NCBI GenBank assembly: GCA_965225945.1
Contig: CBDDBZ010000032.1
Coordinates: 192,001 to 256,000 of the forward strand
Reading direction: 5' to 3'
DNA length: 64,000 nucleotides
Source: Alphaproteobacteria bacterium
Lineage (GTDB): Bacteria; Pseudomonadota; Alphaproteobacteria; GCA-2731375
Under the pieces are notes generated by a model, which had not been told where the DNA came from, ran no database searches, and worked only from the letters and a program-made list of their open reading frames with translations. Positions within the stretch are counted from its first letter, which is position 1; every line of letters begins with the position of its first letter. Shown piece by piece: positions 28,864 to 39,493 of this stretch. The position numbers and the translations under genes were made by a program.

Positions 28864-29946
28864 CAACACCGGCCTCGGGTTCCGGACCCGGGCCTCGCGG
28901 GCGCGGCGCTCGCGTTCGGCCAGGACCGGATGGGTGCTGAGATAGGCCAGCAGCGAGAAGCCTTTATCCTCGCCCTTCTTCTCGCCCTTCTTCTCGTCCT
29001 GTTTCTCGCCCTTGTCCTTGGCCTTGTCGAGGCGGGCGAAGAAACGCGCCAGGCCCACCGGGTCGATGCCGACCTCGGCCAGCATGGCGACGGCGACGGC
29101 GTCCGCCTCCGCCTCCGCCTTGCGGCTGTGCGAGAGCAGGAGCAGCAAGCCGCCGGCCTCGCCCAACACTTCCAGCAGGGTGGCGCCGTCGCCCATGACG
29201 ATGTCGATCAGCGTGGTGACGCCCAGCACGCGAATGAAGTTTTCGGTCGGGTGATACTTCAGCACGTGGCCCAGCTCGTGCGCCAGGACGCCGGCCACTT
29301 CCTCGGCCGTCTCCGCCTTCTCGATCAGGCCGCGCAGCAGCAGCACGCGCCCGCCGGGCGCGGCGAAGGCGTTCACCATCGCGTGGTCCACCACCTTCAC
29401 CCGGAGCTGTCTATCCCAAACGTAGCCCGGCGCCAGGCGTGTCAGCATCTTGTCGAGCGCCCGGCGACCCGCCGGATCCTCGCAACGCTTGCCCCGGAAC
29501 AGGAAATGGTTCTCGAAGCTCCGGCCGAGTTCGTCCTCCCAACCGTGCGGTATCACGCGGGCGCCGATATGGGCGAGCGAGGGGATGCCGTAGACCAGGG
29601 CGAGACCCAGGGCCGCCACCACGGCGATGGCGAGCCCGGCTTCCTTGCCGATCCGCCAGACCCGGCCCCGGCTGGAGACGACGCCCGGCGCGACACGGGC
29701 CAGGTCTTCGGCGAAGCTCGCCGACTCGACGACCAGTTGCGCCTCCGCCATGGTCTTGGACGACAGCCGGAAGGCGTCGACGCCGGGGATCGCCTCGGGG
29801 CTGGTCAGATCCTCGTAGCGCCAGAGGTGGAACCGCCGGCTCTCGGTCTCGTCGATCCGGATGCCCTGCGCCGTCAAGGTGACGGTGGCGGTGCGTCGGG
29901 CGGCGGACTTGCCGTCGTGGAAGGTCGCGGCGTGGCGGAGGTTCAT
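28795..29946 (-). CDS. M48 family metallopeptidase
   Basis: NAFAAPGG, AHELGHV, HSRKAEAEAD, STHP; coupled to DUF898. Confidence 0.92.
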   Translation of the reverse strand: MNLRHAATFHDGKSAARRTATVTLTAQGIRIDETESRRFHLWRYEDLTSPEAIPGVDAFRLSSKTMAEAQLVVESASFAEDLARVAPGVVSSRGRVWRIGKEAGLAIAVVAALGLALVYGIPSLAHIGARVIPHGWEDELGRSFENHFLFRGKRCEDPAGRRALDKMLTRLAPGYVWDRQLRVKVVDHAMVNAFAAPGGRVLLLRGLIEKAETAEEVAGVLAHELGHVLKYHPTENFIRVLGVTTLIDIVMGDGATLLEVLGEAGGLLLLLSHSRKAEAEADAVAVAMLAEVGIDPVGLARFFARLDKAKDKGEKQDEKKGEKKGEDKGFSLLAYLSTHPVLAERERRAREARVRNPRPVLSPEEWRALKAICGQKPAPGKVE

Positions 29947-31082
29947 CAGATCGAGGCGACGTCGAAGGCGTCGGCCAAGCCCTCGCCGCTCCTGGGCCGC
30001 TCCCTGGCGCTCTGTTGGATCGCCTCGAAGTCGATCTCGCCCACGATTTCCAGCCGTCCGCAGACATAGCGGAAGAGCCGAAGCTGCGCGAACGCGCGAC
30101 CGAGCGTGAGTGTGAATAGCAAAATCAAGGCGTTCCCCAAGATGAGCCAGAGGAAGCTCCAATAGGTCGCTCCGAGGCGGAACGACAGCCCCTCGTAACT
30201 CAGGCATTCGACGAAATATTCATACTCCCTCTGCTTGTAGATCACCCAGAGCGGCAGCAGCGCCAGAAGCGAGAGAGGCAAGAGTAGGCCCGCGATCACA
30301 TACCATGCGCCGGCCTCGCCAAATTCGCCGTCGGCGGGGGAGAGCGCCGCCAATCCGCTCGCCAGCGTGACGCCGAGGACTATCGCGAGGATGCCTGCCG
30401 GAACGCTGAGCAGCCAGCAGAGGGCGAAGCGGGGGTATAGCACGCCCGCCGTGCCCTCGAATCGGAAGCGGCGGTCGCCGAATTCGGTCGCCGACATCAT
30501 CTGGCGAAAGAGCCGCATTCGGCCCCAGGGATAGGTCCAGCCGAGGGTGGCGCCACTCAGCAGATAGATCGCGGCGTAGAGCAGGCCGTAGAGCCAGGAG
30601 GAGCCGTCGAGGGCCGGGCGGATACCTCGCCAACGAGTCCGCGACAGACGGTAGCGCTGGGCCCGATACGTCGCGACGCCGATCAGATAGAGGATCAGCA
30701 GATAGAGCGGCGAGGTGATCGCGCCGGCCAGCAGCGGATTTTCCATCCCGATGTAGCTATCAACCGCCAATTTAAAGCCGGCCAACGGCACCAAGACGAC
30801 GACGACGACGATCACGAAGCCGATCAGCAATTCGAGACCGGTGCCGGTGTATTCGGGCCGATCGCCCTCGACCACGGTGCCGGCCCAGAGCATGCGGCGG
30901 ATCCGGGTCTTCGCCCAGAAGCGGTAGAAGGTGAGGGTCAGGATGCTGAGCACGATGTTGACCAGCACCACCGGCACCATCGCGCCGATCCCGAGGTCGT
31001 GATCGATCGAGAGGCGTCGTGACGGCGGGGGCTCGCCCTCGGGCGCCCCGGGATCGAGTGCGGCCGCTTCGCTGTCGGACAT
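29946..31082 (-). CDS. DUF898/YjgN family membrane protein
   Basis: LTLTFYRFWAKTR, YTGTGLEL, YRLSRTRWRGIR, GEGLADAFD. Confidence 0.92.
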   Translation of the reverse strand: MSDSEAAALDPGAPEGEPPPSRRLSIDHDLGIGAMVPVVLVNIVLSILTLTFYRFWAKTRIRRMLWAGTVVEGDRPEYTGTGLELLIGFVIVVVVVLVPLAGFKLAVDSYIGMENPLLAGAITSPLYLLILYLIGVATYRAQRYRLSRTRWRGIRPALDGSSWLYGLLYAAIYLLSGATLGWTYPWGRMRLFRQMMSATEFGDRRFRFEGTAGVLYPRFALCWLLSVPAGILAIVLGVTLASGLAALSPADGEFGEAGAWYVIAGLLLPLSLLALLPLWVIYKQREYEYFVECLSYEGLSFRLGATYWSFLWLILGNALILLFTLTLGRAFAQLRLFRYVCGRLEIVGEIDFEAIQQSARERPRSGEGLADAFDVASI

Positions 31083-31375
31083 GCCCCTGGATGCTCCCGA
31101 ATCGCGCTGCCACGACCCCACTCTAGGAGCCGCCTCCGGCCACGTGCAAGGCAGGGGATCGCCGAACGCCGGCGCCGGCTGGCCGGAGCGATGCCCGCGA
31201 AGGTATATCGCGAAAGATGCCCCCGATGGCCTCAATGATGGTATATAGAGTTCTTGGAAGGGGCCGCTCAAGAGCCCCTCCATATGCTACGCGCACCGAG
31301 CGGGCGGCCCATGGCGGCGAGGGAAGTCCAGATTGCGAGGGCGTCGCGGACGACACTTCGACGGGACGTGAATAA

Positions 31376-31666
31376 ATGGACACCGGTTGGGAACGCGGCT
31401 TGTTCTGGTTCTGGCTCACCGGCACCATAGCCTGGCTCGGCGGAATCGGCTTCTACATCTATCTGGAAACGGTCGGCTTTTCGCTGCACCTGACGGGGAA
31501 AGAATGGGTGCCCCATCTTCTCGTCTGGTTTTTGCCACCGATCATCACCTTCGGCGTCTTCATCTTCGTGCGGGCGGTCGGCCGCAAACTGCTCGACGAC
31601 GGCGTCAAGGAGTGGGAGCGCGACGACTACGAAAATCCGGGCAGCCGTTTTCGCCGTCGCGGGTAA
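31376..31666 (+). CDS. small hypothetical membrane protein
   Basis: 96-aa ORF with two TM-like segments, fills the intergenic gap. Confidence 0.65.
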   Translation: MDTGWERGLFWFWLTGTIAWLGGIGFYIYLETVGFSLHLTGKEWVPHLLVWFLPPIITFGVFIFVRAVGRKLLDDGVKEWERDDYENPGSRFRRRG

Positions 31667-31714
31667 CGGTGGCGCCCGCCGCTTGACCCGGGCCCTCGCC
31701 GTCATGCGGTCGCC

Positions 31715-34486
31715 ATGATGGGCGAGCTTCTTTTCGTCTTCGTCCCCGGCGGCCTCCTCCTCTTCGTCTTTTGCGGCGCCATTGCGGCTTTCGTCGCGAT
31801 CGCGCGGATCAACCGGCTGACCCTTCAAATCGTGCGCCTGGAGCGGGCGCGGCTGACCGACGCCGGCGCACTCGCCCCGCCGCCGGCCGTGCCACAACCA
31901 CCACCACCGTCCGCCGGTCCGGAGGTCGCGCCGCCCGAGCTCGAGAGGCGAGAGGCGGTGGAGGACATCGCGCCGGCGGAAAACGCGGCGCCTTCCGAGC
32001 CCGAGACGATCGAGTCGCAGGAGGAGGCGCCGATCGAGGCGCCGGAAGCGCCGCCCACCGCCGCTCCGGAAGCCCGGTGGGAGGAGATCTTCACCGGTCG
32101 CTGGCTGGTCTGGCTCGGCAGCGTGACCCTGGCGCTGGGTGGCTTCTTCCTGGTCAAGTACTCGATCGACCGCGGTTGGATTGGCCCCGTGTTCCGGGTG
32201 CTTTCCGGCCTCGTCATGGGCTTGGCGCTGATCGGCGGCGGTGAGTGGTTGCGCCGGCGACCGCTGGAACAGGCCTTGGCGCACATTTCGCCCTCCTACA
32301 TTCCGCCGGCCCTCGTCGCCGCCGGTGTGGCGACGATCTTCGCCTCCCTCTACGCCGCGCATGGCCTCTACGATCTGATCGGCGCCGCGCTCGCCTTCGT
32401 TCTGCTGGCGCTGACGGCGGCGTCCGCGGTACTGCTCGCCCTGCTGCACGGCTGGTTCGTCGCCGTGCTCGGCGTGCTCGGCGCCTTCGCCGTGCCGGCG
32501 CTGGTCTCTACGGGCCGTCACAGCACCGAAATCCTCTTCCCCTATATCTTCGTCCTGGTCGCCGGCATCCTGGCGGTGGTCCGCCATACCGGTTGGTATT
32601 GGCTCAACTGGCTGGCGCTGCTCGGCGCGGTGGGATACACGGTGCTCTGGTTCGGCAATTGGCGGGCTGGCGACGACCTGATCGTCGGCCCGTTCCTGAT
32701 CCTGCTGGGCGTCATCATGGTGCTCGCCCGCCCCCCCGACCGCCCGCCCTCGGCGCGGGAGCCGGATCTCTTCGAAATACGGGCGCTCTCCCAGGGCGAG
32801 CAATTCGCCGCCGTGGCCGCCGTCGTGTTGGCGCTTCTCGTGCTGGCGCTGGTCGGAGTCGACGAGGGCGCGCTCGCCTCGCTGATCGCCGCGACGGCGG
32901 CGATCGCCCTCTTGTTGATCGAGGCGCGCAGGGAGAGTCGGCTCGACGGGCTCGCCCTGCTGGCCGTGCTCCTCGCTCTCGCGGTCGCGCTTTTCTGGCA
33001 GATGCCCGGCACGGTCAGCCGCCTGGCGCCGATCTGGGACCTCGACGGCGAGGCCATCGGGAAAGTCGCCGGCCCGCTGCTCCCGCCGGAGCTCAAGACC
33101 TATTTCACCCTCGCGATCGGCTATGGCGGGCTGCTCGGCCTCGGCGGCTTCGCGGCGCTCTGGGGCGCGCGGCGGCCGGGCTATTGGGCGGCGCTCTCAG
33201 GCATCCCGCCGGTCCTGCTCTTGGCCGTCGCCTACCTCCGGATCGAGCGCTTCGAGCTGGATTTGAGCTGGGCGCTGGCGGCCGTGATCCTGGCCGGTCT
33301 GCTGGTGCTCGCGGCCGAGCGGGTCGCGCGATTCCGCGACCATGCCCTGATGCGCGCCGCCCTCGGCGCCTATGCGGTCGGCGCCGTCGGCGCGCTGGCC
33401 GTCGCCTTCGCGATAAGCATGGAGAACGCCTGGTTGACCGTGGCGCTGTCGCTCCAGGTCGCCGCGATCGTGTGGATCGACGAGCGGCTGGAGGTTCCGG
33501 CCTTGCGCCGCGCGGCCGAGGTCGTGGCTTATATCGTGCTCGCGCGCCTGGTTCTCAATCCCCAGGTCCTCGACTATTCCCTCGGCTCGACGCCGGGGCT
33601 CAACTGGCTGCTATACGGCTATGGTCTGCCGGCGCTCGCCTTCTGGTGGGCCTCGCGCCGCCCCGGAGCGAGACGCGATCCCAGGCTCGCCGACGTGCTG
33701 GAGGCGGCGGCGCTGCTGTTCCTGGTGCTGCTGGTGACACTGGAGATCCGCCACCTGATCGCCGGCGGACGGCTCGACGCCTTCGGCTACATGTTGGCGG
33801 AGCAGTCGCTCAATACCATCACCTGGCTCACCATCGCCTATGTCCTCTATCACCGCCTGACGGCCGATAGCCGCCTGGTGCACAGATACGGCTGGCGCAT
33901 TCTGGCGAGCCTGGCGACGGCGCAGGCGGTCTTGCTGCAACTCGGCCTCTCCAACCCGCTGCTCACCGGACGGCCGGTCGGCGAGTGGCCGATTTTCGAC
34001 CTGCTACTGCTCGCCTATGGCGGGCCGGCGGTCTTCGCGATCCTGTTCCTCCGCAAGGCGCGGGCTCGCGGCGACGTATGGCCGGCGCGGATCGCCGGCG
34101 CCGCCGCGCTGCTGTTCGGCTTCGTCTGGATATCCCTGGAGGTGCGGCACGCCTTCCAGGGATCGAATATCGGCCTCTTCCGGCCGACCAGCGACGCCGA
34201 GTGGTACGCCGACAGCGTCGCCTGGCTCGCACTTGCCGGCCTGTTGCTGGCGCTAGCGATCCTCAGAGACTACGCCGCGCTCCGCTTCGCCTCGCTGGGC
34301 GTGGTCATGTTCACCGTGGGGAAGGTGTTCCTCTTCGACATGGCGGCGCTGACCGGAATCTTCCGGGCGCTCTCCTTCATCGGACTCGGATTGTGTCTGG
34401 TCGGCGTCGGCTTCCTCTACCGCCGCTTCGTCTTCCCGCCCCGGCCACCGACGCTCGACAGCGAGACGCGGATGGAGGACGGCTGA
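31715..34486 (+). CDS. DUF2339 membrane protein
   Basis: WEEIFTGRWLVWLG, FFLVKYSI, KVFLFDMAAL.GIFRALSFIGLG. Confidence 0.92.
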   Translation: MMGELLFVFVPGGLLLFVFCGAIAAFVAIARINRLTLQIVRLERARLTDAGALAPPPAVPQPPPPSAGPEVAPPELERREAVEDIAPAENAAPSEPETIESQEEAPIEAPEAPPTAAPEARWEEIFTGRWLVWLGSVTLALGGFFLVKYSIDRGWIGPVFRVLSGLVMGLALIGGGEWLRRRPLEQALAHISPSYIPPALVAAGVATIFASLYAAHGLYDLIGAALAFVLLALTAASAVLLALLHGWFVAVLGVLGAFAVPALVSTGRHSTEILFPYIFVLVAGILAVVRHTGWYWLNWLALLGAVGYTVLWFGNWRAGDDLIVGPFLILLGVIMVLARPPDRPPSAREPDLFEIRALSQGEQFAAVAAVVLALLVLALVGVDEGALASLIAATAAIALLLIEARRESRLDGLALLAVLLALAVALFWQMPGTVSRLAPIWDLDGEAIGKVAGPLLPPELKTYFTLAIGYGGLLGLGGFAALWGARRPGYWAALSGIPPVLLLAVAYLRIERFELDLSWALAAVILAGLLVLAAERVARFRDHALMRAALGAYAVGAVGALAVAFAISMENAWLTVALSLQVAAIVWIDERLEVPALRRAAEVVAYIVLARLVLNPQVLDYSLGSTPGLNWLLYGYGLPALAFWWASRRPGARRDPRLADVLEAAALLFLVLLVTLEIRHLIAGGRLDAFGYMLAEQSLNTITWLTIAYVLYHRLTADSRLVHRYGWRILASLATAQAVLLQLGLSNPLLTGRPVGEWPIFDLLLLAYGGPAVFAILFLRKARARGDVWPARIAGAAALLFGFVWISLEVRHAFQGSNIGLFRPTSDAEWYADSVAWLALAGLLLALAILRDYAALRFASLGVVMFTVGKVFLFDMAALTGIFRALSFIGLGLCLVGVGFLYRRFVFPPRPPTLDSETRMEDG

Positions 34487-34490
34487 AGCC

Positions 34491-36302
34491 ATGGCGCCAC
34501 CCCTGCTGAGGCTCGCCGGGGTCGTCTTCGGTCACGATGGCGGCCGGCCCCTGTTGGACGGGCTCGCGCTGACGCTCGCCAAGGGCGAACGCGCGGCGCT
34601 GGTGGGGCGCAACGGCGCCGGCAAATCGACCCTGCTGAGGCTTCTCGCCGGCGACCTCTCGCCCAATTCCGGAGAGCTCCATCGCCAGCCGGCGCTCGAG
34701 GTCGCTTATCTGCCGCAGGCCCCGGACGGAAACGGCTACGCCCGCGTCGCCGACTATGTCGCGGCCGGCCTGCCGGAAGCGGCGGGCCCGGACGATTACC
34801 GCGTGGCCCGGGCCCTGGCGGAGGCGCGGATCGAGGGCGCCCGGGACCCTGCATCGCTTTCCGGCGGCGAGTTGAAGCGGGTGGCGCTGGCCCGGGCCTT
34901 CGCCCGACGGCCGGTGCTGCTGCTGCTGGACGAGCCGACCAACCACCTCGATCTGCCGGCGATCGAATGGCTGGAAGGCCGCTTGCGCGACTTCCCGGGC
35001 GGCGTCGTGCTGGTGAGTCACGACCGAACGTTGTTGGAGCGCATCGCCACCTCCATCCTCTGGCTCGACCGGGGCCGGGTCCGCCGCCATGGGCGGAGTT
35101 TCGCCGAATTCGACGCCTGGGCGGAGACGGTGCTGGCCGAGGAGGCGGAGGCCCGGGCCAAGCTCGACAAGAGGATCCGCGACGAGACCCGCTGGTCGCA
35201 CGAGGGCATCACCGCGCGGCGGCGCCGAAACCAGGGCAGGCTGCGTCGTCTCGACGAGATGCGTCGGGAACGCCGCGAGGCGCTCCGCGCGCTGGATCGA
35301 GCCCGGATGCGAACGCCGGACGCCCCGCTCTCCGGCCGGCTGGTGATCGAGGCGCGCGAGATCGTGAAGCGTTTTGACGAGACGACTGTGATCGCGGGCG
35401 CCTCGGTGCGGATAATGCGCGGCGACCGGATCGCGATCCTGGGCCCGAACGGGGCCGGCAAGACCACGCTCGTGCGTCTGCTCACCGGCGAATTGGCGCC
35501 GGACGAAGGCACCGTGCGCCATGGCGCCAACCTCGCCACCGTCTACCTGGAGCAGCAGCGCGGCTTCGACGACGAGCGGCTGACGCCGCGCGAGGTGATC
35601 GCGCGGCACGGCGGCGAACATATCGAGATCGGCGGTGCCCGGCGGCACGTCGCCAGCTACCTCCGCGATTTCCTGTTCGAGAGCGACCGGCTCGAGGTGC
35701 CGGTCTCGACGCTGTCCGGCGGCGAGCGCAGTCGGCTGCTGCTGGCCCGTGCCTTCGCCCGGCCGGCCAACCTGCTGGTGCTGGACGAGCCGACCAATGA
35801 TCTCGACCTCGAAACCCTGGAGGTGTTGCGGGAGATCCTGGCCGACTGGCCGGCGACGGTCCTGCTGGTGAGCCACGACCGCGCCTTCGTCGACGCCGTC
35901 GCCACCGCCACCCTGGTGTTGACGGGTGACGGCCTGGTGACGGAATACGCCGGTGGCTATTCGGACTATATGGCGCAACGAAGTGATGGCGGGCCGAACG
36001 TCGTGGCGGACCGTGCCAAGCCCCGCAAGGCGCCCCGGGAGCGCGCGCGGGGGGCGCCGAGCCGTCTCGACTACGCGCGCCGCCGTCGCCTCGACATGCT
36101 GCCGGAGCTGATCGCCACCTTCGAGGCCGAGATTCGCGGGGCGCGGTCCGTTCTGGCCGAGGCCGACCTCTATAGGAGCGACATCGCCCGGTTCAACGCG
36201 ACCACGCAGACGCTGGCGCGGCTGGAAGCAGAGCGGACGGCACTGGAAGAGGAGTGGCTCGAACTCGAACTACTGCGGGAGGCGCGCGAGGGCGCGGGGT
36301 AG
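34491..36302 (+). CDS. uup: ABC-F family ATPase (Uup-like)
   Basis: Two ABC domains (GRNGAGKST, GPNGAGKTT), LDEPTNHLD/LDEPTNDLD, ARRRRNQGR linker, LEEEWLEL tail. Confidence 0.88.
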   Translation: MAPPLLRLAGVVFGHDGGRPLLDGLALTLAKGERAALVGRNGAGKSTLLRLLAGDLSPNSGELHRQPALEVAYLPQAPDGNGYARVADYVAAGLPEAAGPDDYRVARALAEARIEGARDPASLSGGELKRVALARAFARRPVLLLLDEPTNHLDLPAIEWLEGRLRDFPGGVVLVSHDRTLLERIATSILWLDRGRVRRHGRSFAEFDAWAETVLAEEAEARAKLDKRIRDETRWSHEGITARRRRNQGRLRRLDEMRRERREALRALDRARMRTPDAPLSGRLVIEAREIVKRFDETTVIAGASVRIMRGDRIAILGPNGAGKTTLVRLLTGELAPDEGTVRHGANLATVYLEQQRGFDDERLTPREVIARHGGEHIEIGGARRHVASYLRDFLFESDRLEVPVSTLSGGERSRLLLARAFARPANLLVLDEPTNDLDLETLEVLREILADWPATVLLVSHDRAFVDAVATATLVLTGDGLVTEYAGGYSDYMAQRSDGGPNVVADRAKPRKAPRERARGAPSRLDYARRRRLDMLPELIATFEAEIRGARSVLAEADLYRSDIARFNATTQTLARLEAERTALEEEWLELELLREAREGAG

Positions 36303-36525
36303 GGCGCAGGTAATCGACCGCTCGTTTCGTCGTCATCAACCCGGTTGGCGAAGTTATTTCTCGTGGTCTCCGAGGCGCGAGATGAAGGCTCGAAAGCCTG
36401 GAATTCGGGCTCGGGGCTCACTCTGGCTCACCAAGGGAAACGGCCCACCTTCCCCCCTCCGCCCCCGTCGCTCGCCTGATGGGGCGAGCGAGCGACCAAT
36501 TCGGCAATCCAGAGTTCGATGCGCC

Positions 36526-39297
36526 TCACTCGGCGGCGCTGGCCGGCACCGTGACGCCCGGGGCCGGCGCGGAGAGCACCGAGAGCAGCGCCACCCGCAT
36601 TCGGTTCAGCCGCTGCTCGCCGTCGATTTTTAGGCCGAACAGGTCCTTGACGTAGAACACGTCGACCGCCCGTTCGCCATAGGTCGCGATCCGCGCGTGG
36701 GCGATGGTGAGCGAGAGATCGAAGAAGGCCCGCGTCAGGTCGTGCAGCAGCGCCGGCCGGTCGCGACCGTTCACCTCCACCACCGTGTGGGTGTTGGAGG
36801 CTTGGTTGTCGATCAGTACCCTGGGCTCGACGGTGAAGACCGCGCTCCGACTCGGCAAGCGGTCGCGCCGCTTGGGCAGCTCCAGGCGCAAATTCAGTTC
36901 GCCGGAAAGCGTGCGCTCGATGTTGGCGGAGAGCCGCGCCAGCCGGTCCGGCCGGTCGAACGCGGCGCCGTCGAGGTCCTGGATCCAGAAGACGTCGAGC
37001 GCCATGCCGTCGCTCGTCGTGTGAATCCGCGCCTCCACGATGCCGGCGCCACTGGCGGCGACGGCGCCGGTGAGCCGGGTGAAGAGACCGGGGTGGTCGA
37101 CCGTGTAGACCATCACTTCGGTCACCGAGTGGAAGCGGCTGATGCGGGTATCGATGGTCAGCGGCGCGCCGCGCGCATCGGCGTCCCGCATCAGCCGGGC
37201 GCGGCGCTCGTGGCTATCGAGGTCGGTCGCCAGCCAGAAGCCTTCCTGGCCGCGCGCAAAGTGGCGGCGGCGGTCTTCCTCGGGCCAGTCGGCGAGGCGT
37301 TCCGCCAGCTCCGCCTGCAGCGCGGCGACGCGGGAATCGCGGGCGATCGCCGCATGACCGCCCAGCATGTATTCCTCGGCCCGGTGATAGAGCTCACGCA
37401 GGAGCTGGCCCTTCCAGCCGTTCCAAACCCCGGGCCCGACGGCGCGGATGTCGGCCACCGTCAGCACCAGCAGCAGACGTAGCCGCTCCGGGCTCTGCAC
37501 CACGGCGACGAAGTCTTCGATGGTCTTCGGATCCTCGAGGTTGCGCTTGAAGGCGGTGGCGCTCATCACCAGATGCCAGCGCACGAGCCAGGCCACGGTC
37601 TCGGTCTCGTCCGCTTCCAGGCCGAGTCGGGGGCCGAGCCGTTCGGCCACCTCCTCGCCCAGCATCGAATGATCGCCGCCACGTCCCTTGGCGATGTCGT
37701 GCAACAGCACGGCGAGATAGAGGGCGCGGCGCATCTGAAGCTTGGGCAAGATCTCGGCGGCCAGTGGATGGTCGTCGGCAAATTCCCCGTTCTCGATCCG
37801 CGCCAGCACGCCGATCGCCCGGATGGTGTGCTCGTCGATCGTATAGACGTGATACATGTCGTGCTGCATCTGCGCCACGACCCGCCCGAAATCGGGCACG
37901 AAGCGGCCGAAGACACCGGCCTCGTTCATCCGCCTGAGCGTCGTCTCCGGGTTCTTGCGCGAGGTCAGGATCGTCATGAAGAGGGCGTTCGCCTTCGCGT
38001 CCTCGCGCATCTCGCGATCAATCAGCCTGAGGTTCCGGGTAATGAGCTGCAAGGCTCGGGGGTGAATGTCGAGATCGCGCTCGTGCGCCACCAGGAACAG
38101 CCGGATCAGCTTCACCGGATCCTCGGCGAAGGCGGTCTCGTCGGCGACGTTCAGCCGCTCGCCCTCGGCGACGAAGCCCTCGATCTCGCGCCGTCTGAGG
38201 CCGAACCTCGGCATCCGGAAGCGCGGCTTGCGGCGGTGCTGGTCCTCCATCGCGGCACAGAAGATCCGCGTCAGGTCGCCGACCTCCTTGGCGATCAGGA
38301 AGTAGTGCTTCATGAAGCGCTCGACGCCTCGGGTGCCGGCATGATCGGTATAGCCGAGGCGGTCGGCGAGCTCCGGCTGGACGTCGAAGGTCAGCCGCTC
38401 CTCGGCCCGGCCGGCCAGAAAGTGCAGGTGGCAGCGCACGGTACAAAGGAACTCATGGGCCTTGTCGAAGCTCCGCTCCTCCTCCGCCGTCAGCACGCCG
38501 CGCTCGACCAGGGCAGCGACCTCGTCGGTGCCGTAGAGATATCTGGCGATCCAGAAGAGGGTGTGCAGATCGCGCAAGCCCCCCTTGCCCTCCTTGATGT
38601 TGGGCTCCAGCAGGTAGCGCGAATCGCCGAGCCTCAGATGGCGTTCGTCGCGCTCGGCGAGCTTGGCCTCGACGAAGTCCGGGCCGCTGCCGGCCATCAC
38701 CTCGCGCCGGAAGCGTTCCTCGAAGTCCAGGAAAAGCCGCTGCTCGCCCCAGACGTAGCGCGCCTCCAGCAGCGAGGTGCGGATGGTGAGGTCGGATGTG
38801 GCCAGCCGCGCGCATTCGTCAATCGAGCGGGTCGAGTGGCCGACCTTCAGCCCCATGTCCCACAAGAGGTAGAGCATGAACTCCACCACCTGCTCGCCCC
38901 AAGGCGTCTGCTTGTAGGGCCGCAGGAACATCAGGTCGACGTCGGAGAAGGGCGCCAGCTCGCCCCGCCCGTAGCCGCCGAGTGCCACCAGCGACAGATG
39001 CTCGCCGGCGGTCGGGTTGGTCGCCGGATAGACCCGCGTCGAGGCGGCGTCGAAGATCACCCGGATCAGTTGGTCCATCGCCCGGCTGCCGGTCGCCATC
39101 ACCTCGCCGCCGCCGGCGCCCGCCTCGACACGGGCGCGCAAGCTCTCGCGGACTTGGGCCTGGGCCTCGCGCAGCAGCGCCAACAGCTCGGCGCGAAATG
39201 CCGGTTCGCTCGGCGCGCGCCGTTCGGCGATCTCCGCCACCGCCACGTCGAGTTCGGCCCGCTCGACGATACGCTCACCCTTGGCGCCCGCGCTCAT
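36526..39297 (-). CDS. glnD: [protein-PII] uridylyltransferase
   Basis: GGYGRGELAPFSDVD, EPNIKEGKGGLRD, HD domain, two ACT domains. Confidence 0.97.
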   Translation of the reverse strand: MSAGAKGERIVERAELDVAVAEIAERRAPSEPAFRAELLALLREAQAQVRESLRARVEAGAGGGEVMATGSRAMDQLIRVIFDAASTRVYPATNPTAGEHLSLVALGGYGRGELAPFSDVDLMFLRPYKQTPWGEQVVEFMLYLLWDMGLKVGHSTRSIDECARLATSDLTIRTSLLEARYVWGEQRLFLDFEERFRREVMAGSGPDFVEAKLAERDERHLRLGDSRYLLEPNIKEGKGGLRDLHTLFWIARYLYGTDEVAALVERGVLTAEEERSFDKAHEFLCTVRCHLHFLAGRAEERLTFDVQPELADRLGYTDHAGTRGVERFMKHYFLIAKEVGDLTRIFCAAMEDQHRRKPRFRMPRFGLRRREIEGFVAEGERLNVADETAFAEDPVKLIRLFLVAHERDLDIHPRALQLITRNLRLIDREMREDAKANALFMTILTSRKNPETTLRRMNEAGVFGRFVPDFGRVVAQMQHDMYHVYTIDEHTIRAIGVLARIENGEFADDHPLAAEILPKLQMRRALYLAVLLHDIAKGRGGDHSMLGEEVAERLGPRLGLEADETETVAWLVRWHLVMSATAFKRNLEDPKTIEDFVAVVQSPERLRLLLVLTVADIRAVGPGVWNGWKGQLLRELYHRAEEYMLGGHAAIARDSRVAALQAELAERLADWPEEDRRRHFARGQEGFWLATDLDSHERRARLMRDADARGAPLTIDTRISRFHSVTEVMVYTVDHPGLFTRLTGAVAASGAGIVEARIHTTSDGMALDVFWIQDLDGAAFDRPDRLARLSANIERTLSGELNLRLELPKRRDRLPSRSAVFTVEPRVLIDNQASNTHTVVEVNGRDRPALLHDLTRAFFDLSLTIAHARIATYGERAVDVFYVKDLFGLKIDGEQRLNRMRVALLSVLSAPAPGVTVPASAAE

Positions 39298-39312
39298 CCG
39301 GACTTCCGCCGT

Positions 39313-39352
39313 TCTTTTCGCCTCATACTGGCTCTTTTCGTCTCATACTGGC
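39313..39352. repeat. 20-bp tandem duplication in the glnD leader
   Basis: tcttttcgcctcatactggc / tcttttcgtctcatactggc. Confidence 0.85.
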
Positions 39353-39493
39353 CGCCCTCGCTGGCGCTCCCCGTCGCGGTCAATTCCCATGGGCCTCACG
39401 CCAGCGCGATAGGGCGGCCAGCATAGCCGAAATCGCGCCGCGCGCCATTCCGCCGTAATGTCCGCCGAAGTGTCCGGCGAAGCGGCGGCGCCG